DNA of 64,000 nucleotides from Gammaproteobacteria bacterium (GTDB lineage Bacteria; Pseudomonadota; Gammaproteobacteria; Eutrophobiales; Eutrophobiaceae): NCBI GenBank assembly GCA_965116585.1, contig OZ220714.1, positions 2,211,461 to 2,275,460 of the forward strand, read 5' to 3'. Shown piece by piece: positions 22,713 to 31,177 of this stretch (position 1 is its first letter; each line of letters starts with the position of its first letter). The notes under the pieces were generated by a model. It saw only the letters and a program-made list of their open reading frames with translations, ran no database searches and was not told where the DNA came from. The position numbers and the translations under genes were made by a program.

Positions 22713-22820
22713 GATACCGTCAACTCCGTTATTGACAACGGTTTGCATGACGCTCATGCCTTCTTTGGCATCTACTGTGGTTTCATTCCCGTCGAATGCG
22801 ATATAGGTGATTTTCGGCAT
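22713..22820 (-). pseudogene. 5' stub (36 codons) of an adrenodoxin/putidaredoxin-type [2Fe-2S] ferredoxin gene
   Basis: MPKITYIAFDGNETTVDAKEGMSVMQTVVNNGVDGI matches ferredoxin N-termini. It then diverges before the Cys cluster and runs into the 3' end of the rhomboid gene. Confidence 0.6.
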
Positions 22821-22910
22821 TTGCTGAACTCTGGATAAGAGTTCACCCGTCTTAGAAGATTTGCTATTTATTGCTTGCAATACCGTCATTTTTCGGCTAT
22901 TTTTGACTTT

Positions 22911-24059
22911 ATGCTATACCAAAGGATCACTCAGTTACCCGTCCGCAGCTTTTTCCTGTTCGGCGTACGCGGTGTAGGCAAAAGTTCATGGGCACGCACT
23001 GCTTTGCCGCAGGCATTGCGCCTCGACCTGCTGGATGAAGCGCTGTTTCATGATCTCCTCGCAGGCCCGTCGTTGTTTCGGGAATTGATTTCCAGCGTAG
23101 CGCCAGGCGAGTGGGTCGTTATCGATGAAGTACAACGCATACCCTCCCTGTTGAACGAGGTACACCGACTGATCGAAGAGCGCGGCCTTCACTTTGCCTT
23201 GCTCGGTTCCAGCGCGCGCAAACTCAAAACCGCGGGTACGAACCTGCTGGCAGGGCGCGCAAACCGCAAAGCCATGTATCCGCTAGTTCCACAGGAGCTC
23301 GGCGCCGATTTCAAGCTGGATGACGTACTCAGGTACGGTAGCATTCCCCTGGTCTGGGCTGCAGAGGATCGCCGCGAAGTGCTCGAAAGCTATACTCAAC
23401 TGTACCTGAGAGAAGAGATTCGTGCGGAAGCGGTCGTCCGCAATCTCCCCGGTTTCGTTCGTTTCCTGCCGGTTGCCGCGTTGTTACATGGACAGACCCT
23501 GAACGTAACAGGCATTGCCCGGGACGCCGGTGTAGCTCGTACTACCGTCACCAGCTACCTGGACGTGCTTGAAGACACGCTGCTTACCTGCCGCCTGCCC
23601 GCGTTTGAGGCGAGACTGCGGGTACGGGAACGGCGGCGTCCGAAACTCTATTGGGTGGATCCGGGCCTGGTGCGAGCAGTGAAACGCCAGTTCGGAACCG
23701 TGTCAATGGAGGAACGCGGCGCCCTGTTCGAGGGCTGGATACTCAGCCTGCTGCGCGCTCACGCGGAGGAACAGCCGATGTTTGATGACATCCATTACTG
23801 GGCGCCGGTCGAATCCAGGACAGAAGTTGATTTTCTGCTCACTCGGGACGACGAATATCTCGCTATTGAAGCGAAGGCTGCAAGCCGATATAACACCAGC
23901 CTGCTGAAAGGATTACGCGCCATCAACGACCTGCCGCGCCTGGTTCGCAGAGTTCTCGTCTATGACGGCGAGCGCGCTTTCCGTACTGAAGATGGCATAG
24001 ACGTATGGCCTGTGAAGCGGTTTCTCGAAGCATTGCAAACAGACGGGCTTTGGCTCTGA
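22911..24059 (+). CDS. AAA-family ATPase with a C-terminal DUF4143-like domain (COG1373 type)
   Basis: It has Walker A GVRGVGKSS and Walker B VVIDEVQ, with the typical architecture. I prefer the start at ATG 22911. Confidence 0.8.
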   Translation: MLYQRITQLPVRSFFLFGVRGVGKSSWARTALPQALRLDLLDEALFHDLLAGPSLFRELISSVAPGEWVVIDEVQRIPSLLNEVHRLIEERGLHFALLGSSARKLKTAGTNLLAGRANRKAMYPLVPQELGADFKLDDVLRYGSIPLVWAAEDRREVLESYTQLYLREEIRAEAVVRNLPGFVRFLPVAALLHGQTLNVTGIARDAGVARTTVTSYLDVLEDTLLTCRLPAFEARLRVRERRRPKLYWVDPGLVRAVKRQFGTVSMEERGALFEGWILSLLRAHAEEQPMFDDIHYWAPVESRTEVDFLLTRDDEYLAIEAKAASRYNTSLLKGLRAINDLPRLVRRVLVYDGERAFRTEDGIDVWPVKRFLEALQTDGLWL

Positions 24060-24603
24060 CTGATGACTGATGCAGCAAAAGCAGAACTAAGGCGACGGAT
24101 TGAAGACATGTTTATTGTCTGGAGCCCGAGGACTTATTGTTTCAAATAACTGTAGTATTTTCAAACTATCTGCGAGGGACTATCTGCGAGGGACACTATT
24201 ATTTCCCGGCATCACAGCAACTCCCCCGCCCATAATTTATTCAGGAAAACTTGCCAGGGCAACACGGTTATATCACCGACCCGACGTTCACAAAGCCTGA
24301 ATTTAAGGTTGCACTATTATGACTGGTCTGAGGATGACCCTTGATCTGATATCTGGACTGCAACATTTGGGGCAATGCCTTCAGAACAAGTAACGGGTAC
24401 CGATTACACGAAACTAATTGAGGACCATCTCGAGGTCGAGCAGTTCACCATCGGACCTACTGATCCTTGGCCGGTTAACACAAAAAATCGATGCACTCTG
24501 CAACTCATGGATAATTACAATGAGTATTACTGGGTGGTGGCGTAGCCTGCAACAAACTTGATTGGAGTGACGAAGAAATAAAGAAGATTTTCGTCCAACC
24601 CAG

Positions 24604-25131
24604 CTAAAAAAACAGGGCCGGACTTATATTGAATCGTTTACTTAATGCTTCAATGTGATTACGTGTCAGCCTGCGCTCACCGTTTAATATTCTGGATACC
24701 AGTGATTTGCTCCCAATCTCCGGCAGGTCGGCAACTCCGAGATGATGTTGCTCCATAATGACTCTCAGCGTCGCAATGCCATCGTTGAGTCTTTCAATAC
24801 GGTCATTGAATGATTTAAACCTGGGAGATGTATCCTCCCAGCGAGTGATAGAAGCAGAAAGCAGGCCAATGAGTGGCTTCTGGTTATCGTAATCCTCCAT
24901 CAATTCATCCATAAGGGCCAAGGCCTGTGCATACTCAGCCCCATTGCTTATGTGGCTGATAAAGGGCGCATGATTGAAGAGCTCACAGGCTTGTTCTTTA
25001 ATGGCTGCTGCATCATTCGGATATCTGTTTGCAGCAGCAGAAAAAAGCTTCCTGGATATAATGTGCACACTGTTCCCTCTTTGCTGAGTTTCCTTTTTGT
25101 CAACTATAGGTGAGGGATGAGCTTTTGTCAA
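24604..25131 (-). CDS. higA: HigA-type HTH antitoxin fused in frame to the first ~27 codons of a HigB toxin (HigB'-'HigA chimera)
   Basis: The C-terminus DLPEIGSKSLVSRILNGERRLTRNHIEALSKRFNISPALFF is close to E. coli HigA. Residues VHIISRKLFSAAANRYPNDAAAIKEQ match the HigB N-terminus (MHLITQKALKDAAEKYPQH...). Confidence 0.75.
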   Translation of the reverse strand: MTKAHPSPIVDKKETQQRGNSVHIISRKLFSAAANRYPNDAAAIKEQACELFNHAPFISHISNGAEYAQALALMDELMEDYDNQKPLIGLLSASITRWEDTSPRFKSFNDRIERLNDGIATLRVIMEQHHLGVADLPEIGSKSLVSRILNGERRLTRNHIEALSKRFNISPALFF

Positions 25132-25162
25132 ACACCAGTGGAATCTCTTGAAACAAACAGGT

Positions 25163-27013
25163 TTATTTCGCTTTACAGTATGAAATAACCGCGTTTTGTT
25201 CGAGACCCCGGGTGTTTAAATCAACCGCATGATGGGGCTTTGCAGTTAGAATTTGTTTAATTTCCTCCTCCATCATCCGTAATTCGGTTTTGACCTGCAC
25301 TAATGCTGCATCAGCAATATCGGTATTGAATTTCATGTCATCCAATGTATGCCGGGTCGCGTGGATGAGAAATTCAACATGTTTCAACCTTTCTTTTGCG
25401 GCGGACTGTCCGGCGTGAATGTTGTCAGCAACATCCTTGATATGTTTGAATTCCGCGGCAACCTGTTTACAGGGTGATTCAGCTTGCAGTATTGTCATTC
25501 CTCCTGTCGGCTTTACCGGGTTTCTATAGACTGAAGGTAGTGACGGATTGATCCCATAATAGAAAAACGAACCGAAAATGGTTGTGTGGCTCACTGCTAT
25601 CCGGCCGCCGTAACCTATTTTAATCATCCCCTCAACGGTATCCCTGACCTCGGTACATTTCAGCAGTTCTCCGTTTTCCGGATTAAGGGCACAAACAACT
25701 GTTTTATGCGGGATCGGTAGTATCAGACCCGTACCCGGTTGATGGTAGTTGTAACCCAGGTTCATCCCCACCCAGACATGATTGGCTGAGACGGAAATAA
25801 CGCTGACCAGCCTGGCAACCGGTTTGCCGTTCGGAACCAGGGGTGGAGCAGGTTCCAGAACCGGCAACACTTCGTTGGCAACAGCATCATACGTGCGCGC
25901 CCATTTTATTGAGCCGTTGTCGGGATTCAGGGCGATAACGGTCGGCGCCGCGAAAATATTTCCTGTGTAGATGGTATCGTCGGGTCCGATAGCGGGAGAT
26001 AACAGTCCTTCGCCTTTTGCAGACCAGCGAACTTCTCCGCTGTAAGAATCAACGGCCAGCATGTTGCCGTCACCGTCGGCGCTGTAAACCGTATCACCGG
26101 ATACTGACAGCGCAGGACTGGTGCCGCTACCCCCTCCCATGGGTAATTTGATGGCAGTCGTAACGCCAGCCTCCGTGACATCCAAACCATACAATATCCC
26201 GGTAAACCTGTTTCCCTGTTTCGGTCCGGCTGCCGTGATAAATATTCGACCGGTTTCAGGGTGAACGGCAGGTGCATTGGCTACCTGTACGCCGTAGCCG
26301 AATGCGATTTGTTGGAATAACGGAATAACTGCTTCATCCATTAACCCGCCCTGCCACAGACCCGGCAAGGAAGGACCTTTTCGCGGCGCTTCACCGGCCG
26401 GCAGGTTGAACGCGGGTATTGCCAGAGCCCCTGTGTCCCTTTCATAAAAAAGGACTTTCCCCTGCGTGGTGATACCGCCAACATAGCCTTGCCTGGAAAT
26501 AACCTGGTATACAAACGGATCGTCCGGTTCAGGTAACGGCGCTTCCCACTTCAATTCACCATCCGGATGAAAAGCCCACAACTGGTTTCCATCGCCAATG
26601 TAGATATCCCCTTGTGCATCAATGACCGGCGCATTAAATCCGGCATGGGAATCAAGATCATCAGCCGTCGTTTGTTGCGGACTTTCCCACAGTAACCGAC
26701 CGTTCTTGTCGAAGGCATGCAAGTGGCTGAACCCGGCTCCCCTGGCGCTGGTGACGAAGTGATTGCCGTGGCGGTCAATGACGCCTGGGTTGATCAGCGC
26801 AGCGCCATCGAGCATGGATACACTCCTTGCCAAATCTTCTGAAGTTGGCAGGGGAGAAAAATCGGAATTGCGTGAATCACGGTGGACACTGGCCCATGGC
26901 ACCTGCCCGTAATACTGGGGCAAGTCGTATGCAGCAACGGAATGATTCACACAGACCAGTCCTGGCAGCAACAGAATTACCAGGGTTGTATGGTTGAAGA
27001 CAGACACTCGCAT
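25163..27013 (-). CDS. Secreted PQQ-like/BamB-like beta-propeller repeat protein with a C-terminal helical tail
   Basis: It has a signal-like N-terminus, repeated ...DG..(L/K)W... blades (NGRLLWE, DGELKWEA, SGEVRWSA, NGSIKWAR) and a last ~110 aa predicted to be helical. The function is unknown. Confidence 0.6.
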   Translation of the reverse strand: MRVSVFNHTTLVILLLPGLVCVNHSVAAYDLPQYYGQVPWASVHRDSRNSDFSPLPTSEDLARSVSMLDGAALINPGVIDRHGNHFVTSARGAGFSHLHAFDKNGRLLWESPQQTTADDLDSHAGFNAPVIDAQGDIYIGDGNQLWAFHPDGELKWEAPLPEPDDPFVYQVISRQGYVGGITTQGKVLFYERDTGALAIPAFNLPAGEAPRKGPSLPGLWQGGLMDEAVIPLFQQIAFGYGVQVANAPAVHPETGRIFITAAGPKQGNRFTGILYGLDVTEAGVTTAIKLPMGGGSGTSPALSVSGDTVYSADGDGNMLAVDSYSGEVRWSAKGEGLLSPAIGPDDTIYTGNIFAAPTVIALNPDNGSIKWARTYDAVANEVLPVLEPAPPLVPNGKPVARLVSVISVSANHVWVGMNLGYNYHQPGTGLILPIPHKTVVCALNPENGELLKCTEVRDTVEGMIKIGYGGRIAVSHTTIFGSFFYYGINPSLPSVYRNPVKPTGGMTILQAESPCKQVAAEFKHIKDVADNIHAGQSAAKERLKHVEFLIHATRHTLDDMKFNTDIADAALVQVKTELRMMEEEIKQILTAKPHHAVDLNTRGLEQNAVISYCKAK

Positions 27014-27037
27014 CCTCCGTATTTTGCCGTATAACTT

Positions 27038-27065
27038 CCGGGGACAGAATTAATTCTGTCCCCGG
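27038..27065 (-). terminator. Perfect 28-nt palindrome CCGGGGACAGAATT/AATTCTGTCCCCGG downstream of the aminotransferase gene
   Basis: Read directly. The arms share 11 nt with the hairpin at 54073-54099. Confidence 0.5.
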
Positions 27066-27115
27066 TTATGGGTTATATAAGTCGGGGTGAGCAGAACCTT
27101 GATCATGAGGGTTTA

Positions 27116-28363
27116 CTACGGTTTCTTACAGACTATTGCCATTAAGCCGCTAACCAATCTTTGCATACCCTCTATTAAGGTGGACTGGTCCAGAGCGCCG
27201 TAGGAAATTCTCAGGTAACAGCCCTCCTCCATGCCGAAGGCGCTGCCGGGCATCGCCGCTATCCGGTGTTCCCGGATAAGCCGTTTGACGATTTCCATGT
27301 CGGGCAGGGTCGTGTTGAGACGGAGAAATGCATAGAATGCGCCGTACGGGCGAGGTTCGTCCATGATGCAATCCAGCTTTGCCAACTCGCTGAGCACAAA
27401 CCTGCGGTTACGGGCGAGTTGCCTGATGTTGGTGTCGCAATATTCCCTACCGGCTTCCAGCGCGCCGATGGCGGCATATTGTGAGGCCAGCGGCGGGCAG
27501 ATCAGGTTGGTGTCCTGTATTTTCCGCACATTCTCGAACAGGTGTGCAGGGATGAGCATGTAACCGATGCGCCAGGATGAGAAACCGTAGGCTTTGGACA
27601 GGGAGAACAGGGAGATGGTGTGTGGGACCGAAGTGTCCAGGCCGGCCGGGGAGAAATGTTGCCGGTGGCCATACACGAAGTATTCATAGGCTTCGTCGCT
27701 GATGTGATACACCCCCCGTTCCCGGCACAGTTCATTGATTGCCCGTAGCGTCTGTTCCGGATAGACGGCGCCGCTGGGATTGTTGGGTGAGATGGTCACC
27801 ACCGCCGCCGTGCGCTCCGTCATGGCGGCAGCGATAACCGCCGGCTCAACCTGGAACTGGCGGTCGGTCGGCACGCAGACCGGCACGCAGTCCAGCATGC
27901 GCACCGCCATTTCGTGGTTGAAGTAATAAGGGGTGGGCAATATAACCTCGTCGCCGGGGTCGGTAATGGCAAACAGCGAGTTCAGGAAGCCCATGTTGGC
28001 GCCGGCAGTGACTACCAGACGCCGCTCATCACCGACGGTTATCCGGTTCTCTTCAGCCAGCTTGTGCGTCAGCATCCCGGTCAGTTCCGGGATGCCTACC
28101 ACCGGACCGTAGAACTGGTCCAGTTCAGCAGCATGCGCAATAACGTTGCGCAAGGCCGCCTCCGGCGGCCCGTAGCAGACCACCCCTTGACCCAGTGAGA
28201 TAGTCCCCGGTGTCTCCCTGATCAGGTCGGCCACTATCGGCACTACCGGGGATTGGACGGTATCCATTCTTCGGCTGTTTTCTATCATGGAATCACTTTG
28301 CATCTGTCTGTGTACTGGCTCCGATCCCGAACTCCTTATGTTTGAATTGTTCCTGCATTCCAT
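27116..28363 (-). CDS. Class I/II PLP-dependent aminotransferase
   Basis: SLSKAYGFSSWRIGY (PLP-lysine context), NPSG-type motif (SPNNPSGAV) and an aspartate-aminotransferase-like length. The true start may be an internal ATG (28303/28288/28267). Confidence 0.85.
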   Translation of the reverse strand: MECRNNSNIRSSGSEPVHRQMQSDSMIENSRRMDTVQSPVVPIVADLIRETPGTISLGQGVVCYGPPEAALRNVIAHAAELDQFYGPVVGIPELTGMLTHKLAEENRITVGDERRLVVTAGANMGFLNSLFAITDPGDEVILPTPYYFNHEMAVRMLDCVPVCVPTDRQFQVEPAVIAAAMTERTAAVVTISPNNPSGAVYPEQTLRAINELCRERGVYHISDEAYEYFVYGHRQHFSPAGLDTSVPHTISLFSLSKAYGFSSWRIGYMLIPAHLFENVRKIQDTNLICPPLASQYAAIGALEAGREYCDTNIRQLARNRRFVLSELAKLDCIMDEPRPYGAFYAFLRLNTTLPDMEIVKRLIREHRIAAMPGSAFGMEEGCYLRISYGALDQSTLIEGMQRLVSGLMAIVCKKP

Positions 28364-28408
28364 TCTCCCTGTTTCTCAAATAGATTACCTTCTATAAGGC
28401 AGACCCCA

Positions 28409-28696
28409 TCAATGGCTGGCTTTAGGATCCGCCGCCGCCTTGAGGAGTTCTACCAGTTGCTGTTTCGCGCCCGGGTCGGTGATGGTGGACATTGCTTGCT
28501 TGAACCGTTTCACTTTCCGGTCGTGTTCGTCCAACAGTTGCTGGAGTTTCAGGTTTTCGGCGATGGTGGGGTTGCCGCCGTGGCGGTATTTTTCGTCCAG
28601 GGCTTGCAGTAGTGAGAAGTAGGCATCCTTGCCGGCGCTCATGGACTGGTAGGCCTGCCAGGCGCCGGCGGCTTCCGGGGTGAGTTCTTCAGTCAA
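28409..28696 (-). CDS. Small hypothetical helical protein; its TTG start overlaps the fba stop
   Basis: 95-aa ORF in the same orientation as fba, with a TTGA start/stop overlap. I recognise no family. Confidence 0.4.
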   Translation of the reverse strand: MTEELTPEAAGAWQAYQSMSAGKDAYFSLLQALDEKYRHGGNPTIAENLKLQQLLDEHDRKVKRFKQAMSTITDPGAKQQLVELLKAAADPKASH

Positions 28697-29721
28697 GCTG
28701 CTTCTTCAAGTGCGTCCGAGTATTGCCCCAGGCAGGCCAGGCTGTTGCATTTTTCCCGGTGCAGCAGGGCTGCTTGCGCGGCGTTGAAGTTGGCCGGGTT
28801 ACCGGCCCAGGTTTTCAGGCAGGGTTCCTGCAGGGCGCGCCCGTAGGAGAAGCTGAGTGGCCAGGGCAGGTCGTCATAGCGCCGGTTCATTTCGTTCAGG
28901 TGGGCCGTTGCCAGGGTTGCGCTCTGGCCGCCGGACAGGAAGACGATACCCGGCAGTGATGCCGGCACTGTGTTCAACAGGCAGCGTACCGTTTTATCCG
29001 CGACGTCCTGCACGCCGGCTTGCACCGGGCACTTTTTCCCGGAGACGACCATATTGACCTTCAGGATGGTGTGTTCCAGCGCCACGCGCTGCGCGCAAAG
29101 GGCATTGAAGACCATTCTCAGGGTCTTTCCCGTAGCCCAGTAACACACATCGATATCATTATCCGCGTCCATCAGCACTTCCGGTTCTACCATGGGCACG
29201 ATGCCGGCTTCCTGGCACAGTGCTGCGTAGCGGGCCAGGGCATGGGCGTTGGCCTCAATGCAGCCGTCACTCGGGATGTGATCACCGATGGTAATAACTG
29301 CGCGCCACTTGGCAAAACGGGCGCCCAGTTCGCGATATTCGGCCAGGCGGGTACGCAGGCCATCCAGACCTTCGGTGACCTTTTCACCGGGATGTCCTGC
29401 CAGGTCCTTGGCGCCTGTGTCCACCTTGATGCCGGGCATAATGCCTTTTGCTATCATCGCCTGCGGGAACGGCACGCCGTCGCGGGTCTTCTGGCGCAAG
29501 GTCTCATCGAACAGGATCATGCCGCTGATAAACTCCTCGCCGCCGGCTGCGGTGATCAGTAATTCCCGGTAGGTGCGCCGGTTTTCTTCGGTGGATTCGG
29601 TACCGATGGTGTCGAAGCGTTTCGTAATGGTCGGCAGACTCTCGTCTATGGCAAGGATGCCCTTACCCTGTGCTACCATAGCTGCGGCCGTTTGTGCCAT
29701 CTGTTCGCTCATATTGCTCAT
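28693..29721 (-). CDS. Fructose-bisphosphate aldolase, class I
   Basis: GKGILAIDES..., the Schiff-base region VMLEGTLLK-type (HTILKVNMV) and a class I length of 342 aa. It is the last enzyme gene of the tkt-gap-pgk-pyk operon. Confidence 0.88.
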   Translation of the reverse strand: MSNMSEQMAQTAAAMVAQGKGILAIDESLPTITKRFDTIGTESTEENRRTYRELLITAAGGEEFISGMILFDETLRQKTRDGVPFPQAMIAKGIMPGIKVDTGAKDLAGHPGEKVTEGLDGLRTRLAEYRELGARFAKWRAVITIGDHIPSDGCIEANAHALARYAALCQEAGIVPMVEPEVLMDADNDIDVCYWATGKTLRMVFNALCAQRVALEHTILKVNMVVSGKKCPVQAGVQDVADKTVRCLLNTVPASLPGIVFLSGGQSATLATAHLNEMNRRYDDLPWPLSFSYGRALQEPCLKTWAGNPANFNAAQAALLHREKCNSLACLGQYSDALEEAA

Positions 29722-29734
29722 TTCTACTACCTCT

Positions 29735-31177
29735 CTACAAGTTCAAGTCGGTTGTATCACCGACCCGGACGATTTTCAAGTTATTGGTGCCACCGCGCCG
29801 TCCGCGCAGGTCGCCCTTGGTGATCAGTACGATATCGCCCGTACTCACCAGTTGCCGCCGCAACAGGACGTCAACGATTTCCTCGTTGGCTTCCAGCGGG
29901 TCCGTGTGGGTAATGTCAAACTGTACCGGATAGACGCCCCGGTACAGTCTTACCTTGCGCATGGTGGCCGTGTGGCGGGTAAATGCCATAATGGGGATGC
30001 CGGAACTGATGCGGGACATCCACAGGCAGGTTGAGCCGGTTTCCGTCAGGGCTGCAATGGCTGTTGCCTTGATGTGGTTGGCCGCATACATGGTGGACAT
30101 GGCGATGGCTTCGTCGATGCGTTTGAATTCCTGGTTGATGCGGTGGTGTGACTCGCGGGTTTCCTTCTGTTTTTCCGTTTCCTCGCAGATGCGGGCCATG
30201 GCCTGAACCACCCGGTCAGGATACTTGCCGATGCTGGTTTCCCCCGACAGCATGACCGCGTCGGTGCCATCCAGGATGGCATTGGCTACATCGAATACTT
30301 CGGCGCGGGTGGGGATCGTGTTATCGATCATGGACTCCATCATCTGGGTCGCGGTGATGACCGGACGGTCCATGTCCTGGGCTTGTTTGATGAGTTTTTT
30401 CTGCACCGGCGGCAGGGCCGCATCGCCGATTTCAACGCCCAGGTCGCCGCGTGCGATCATGATGGCGTCTGCCGCTTGTATGATGGCTGCCGCGTCTTCC
30501 AGCGCTTCCGCCCGTTCAAACTTGGCGATAATGCCCGCGTTTGACCCCGCCTTGTCCAGCAGCGCGCGCGCCTGCTCAATATCAGCGACGCTGCTGACAA
30601 ACGAGATGGCAAAATAATCAGCGCCGATTTCGATCCCATGCAACAGATCCTTGCGATCTTTTCTGGTCAGGGCGCCGGTGGAGAGACCGCCCCCCTTCAG
30701 GTTGATCCCCTTGTTGTCCGATAACTTCCCGCCGGTGACAACCCGGCAGCGTACCTGTGTCTTTACCACGCTCACGACTTCCATGACGATACGGCCATCG
30801 TCGATGTACAGGACATCACCGGGCTTGACGTCCTGGGCCAGCGCCGGGTAGGTGACGCCTACCTGCGTGCTGTCACCGGCACTGTCCGGCAGGGACGGGT
30901 CAAGGGTAAATTCAGCGTCTTCCTGCAGCAGGACTACGCCGTTGTGAAAGCGCCGCAAACGGATCTTGGGACCTTGCAAATCGGCTATCAGGCCGATCTC
31001 CAGGCCGTGCTTGAGACTGATCTCCTGCAACGCCCGCGCCCGTTCCTTGTGTTCCAGGTGGGTCTGGTGGGAGTAGTTGATGCGAAACAGGTCTACACCG
31101 GCTGTGACCAGGTTTTCCAGCATCTCCGGCTTGTCCGTGGCTGGCCCCATGGTGGCGATAATTTTTGTTCTACGCAT
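29735..31177 (-). CDS. pyk: Pyruvate kinase
   Basis: 480-aa protein with RRTKIIATMGPA, MIARGDLGVEI and MLSGETS. Confidence 0.95.
   Translation of the reverse strand: MRRTKIIATMGPATDKPEMLENLVTAGVDLFRINYSHQTHLEHKERARALQEISLKHGLEIGLIADLQGPKIRLRRFHNGVVLLQEDAEFTLDPSLPDSAGDSTQVGVTYPALAQDVKPGDVLYIDDGRIVMEVVSVVKTQVRCRVVTGGKLSDNKGINLKGGGLSTGALTRKDRKDLLHGIEIGADYFAISFVSSVADIEQARALLDKAGSNAGIIAKFERAEALEDAAAIIQAADAIMIARGDLGVEIGDAALPPVQKKLIKQAQDMDRPVITATQMMESMIDNTIPTRAEVFDVANAILDGTDAVMLSGETSIGKYPDRVVQAMARICEETEKQKETRESHHRINQEFKRIDEAIAMSTMYAANHIKATAIAALTETGSTCLWMSRISSGIPIMAFTRHTATMRKVRLYRGVYPVQFDITHTDPLEANEEIVDVLLRRQLVSTGDIVLITKGDLRGRRGGTNNLKIVRVGDTTDLNL

Noticed and set aside
22656-22889. A 77-aa minus-strand ORF treated as an intact gene
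   Set aside because: Only residues 24-59 resemble a ferredoxin. The Cys ligands are missing and the 3' third overlaps the rhomboid gene. I called it a pseudogene stub instead.
24063-24603. Small ORFs (28 aa at 24063, 66 aa at 24100..24300, 56 aa at 24375..24545) and a 14-bp tandem duplication TATCTGCGAGGGAC x2 (24167-24194) in the spacer after the DUF4143 ATPase gene
   Set aside because: I recognise no RBS or family for any of them. The region looks like non-coding debris of a decayed island. The duplication has only two copies and no evident function.
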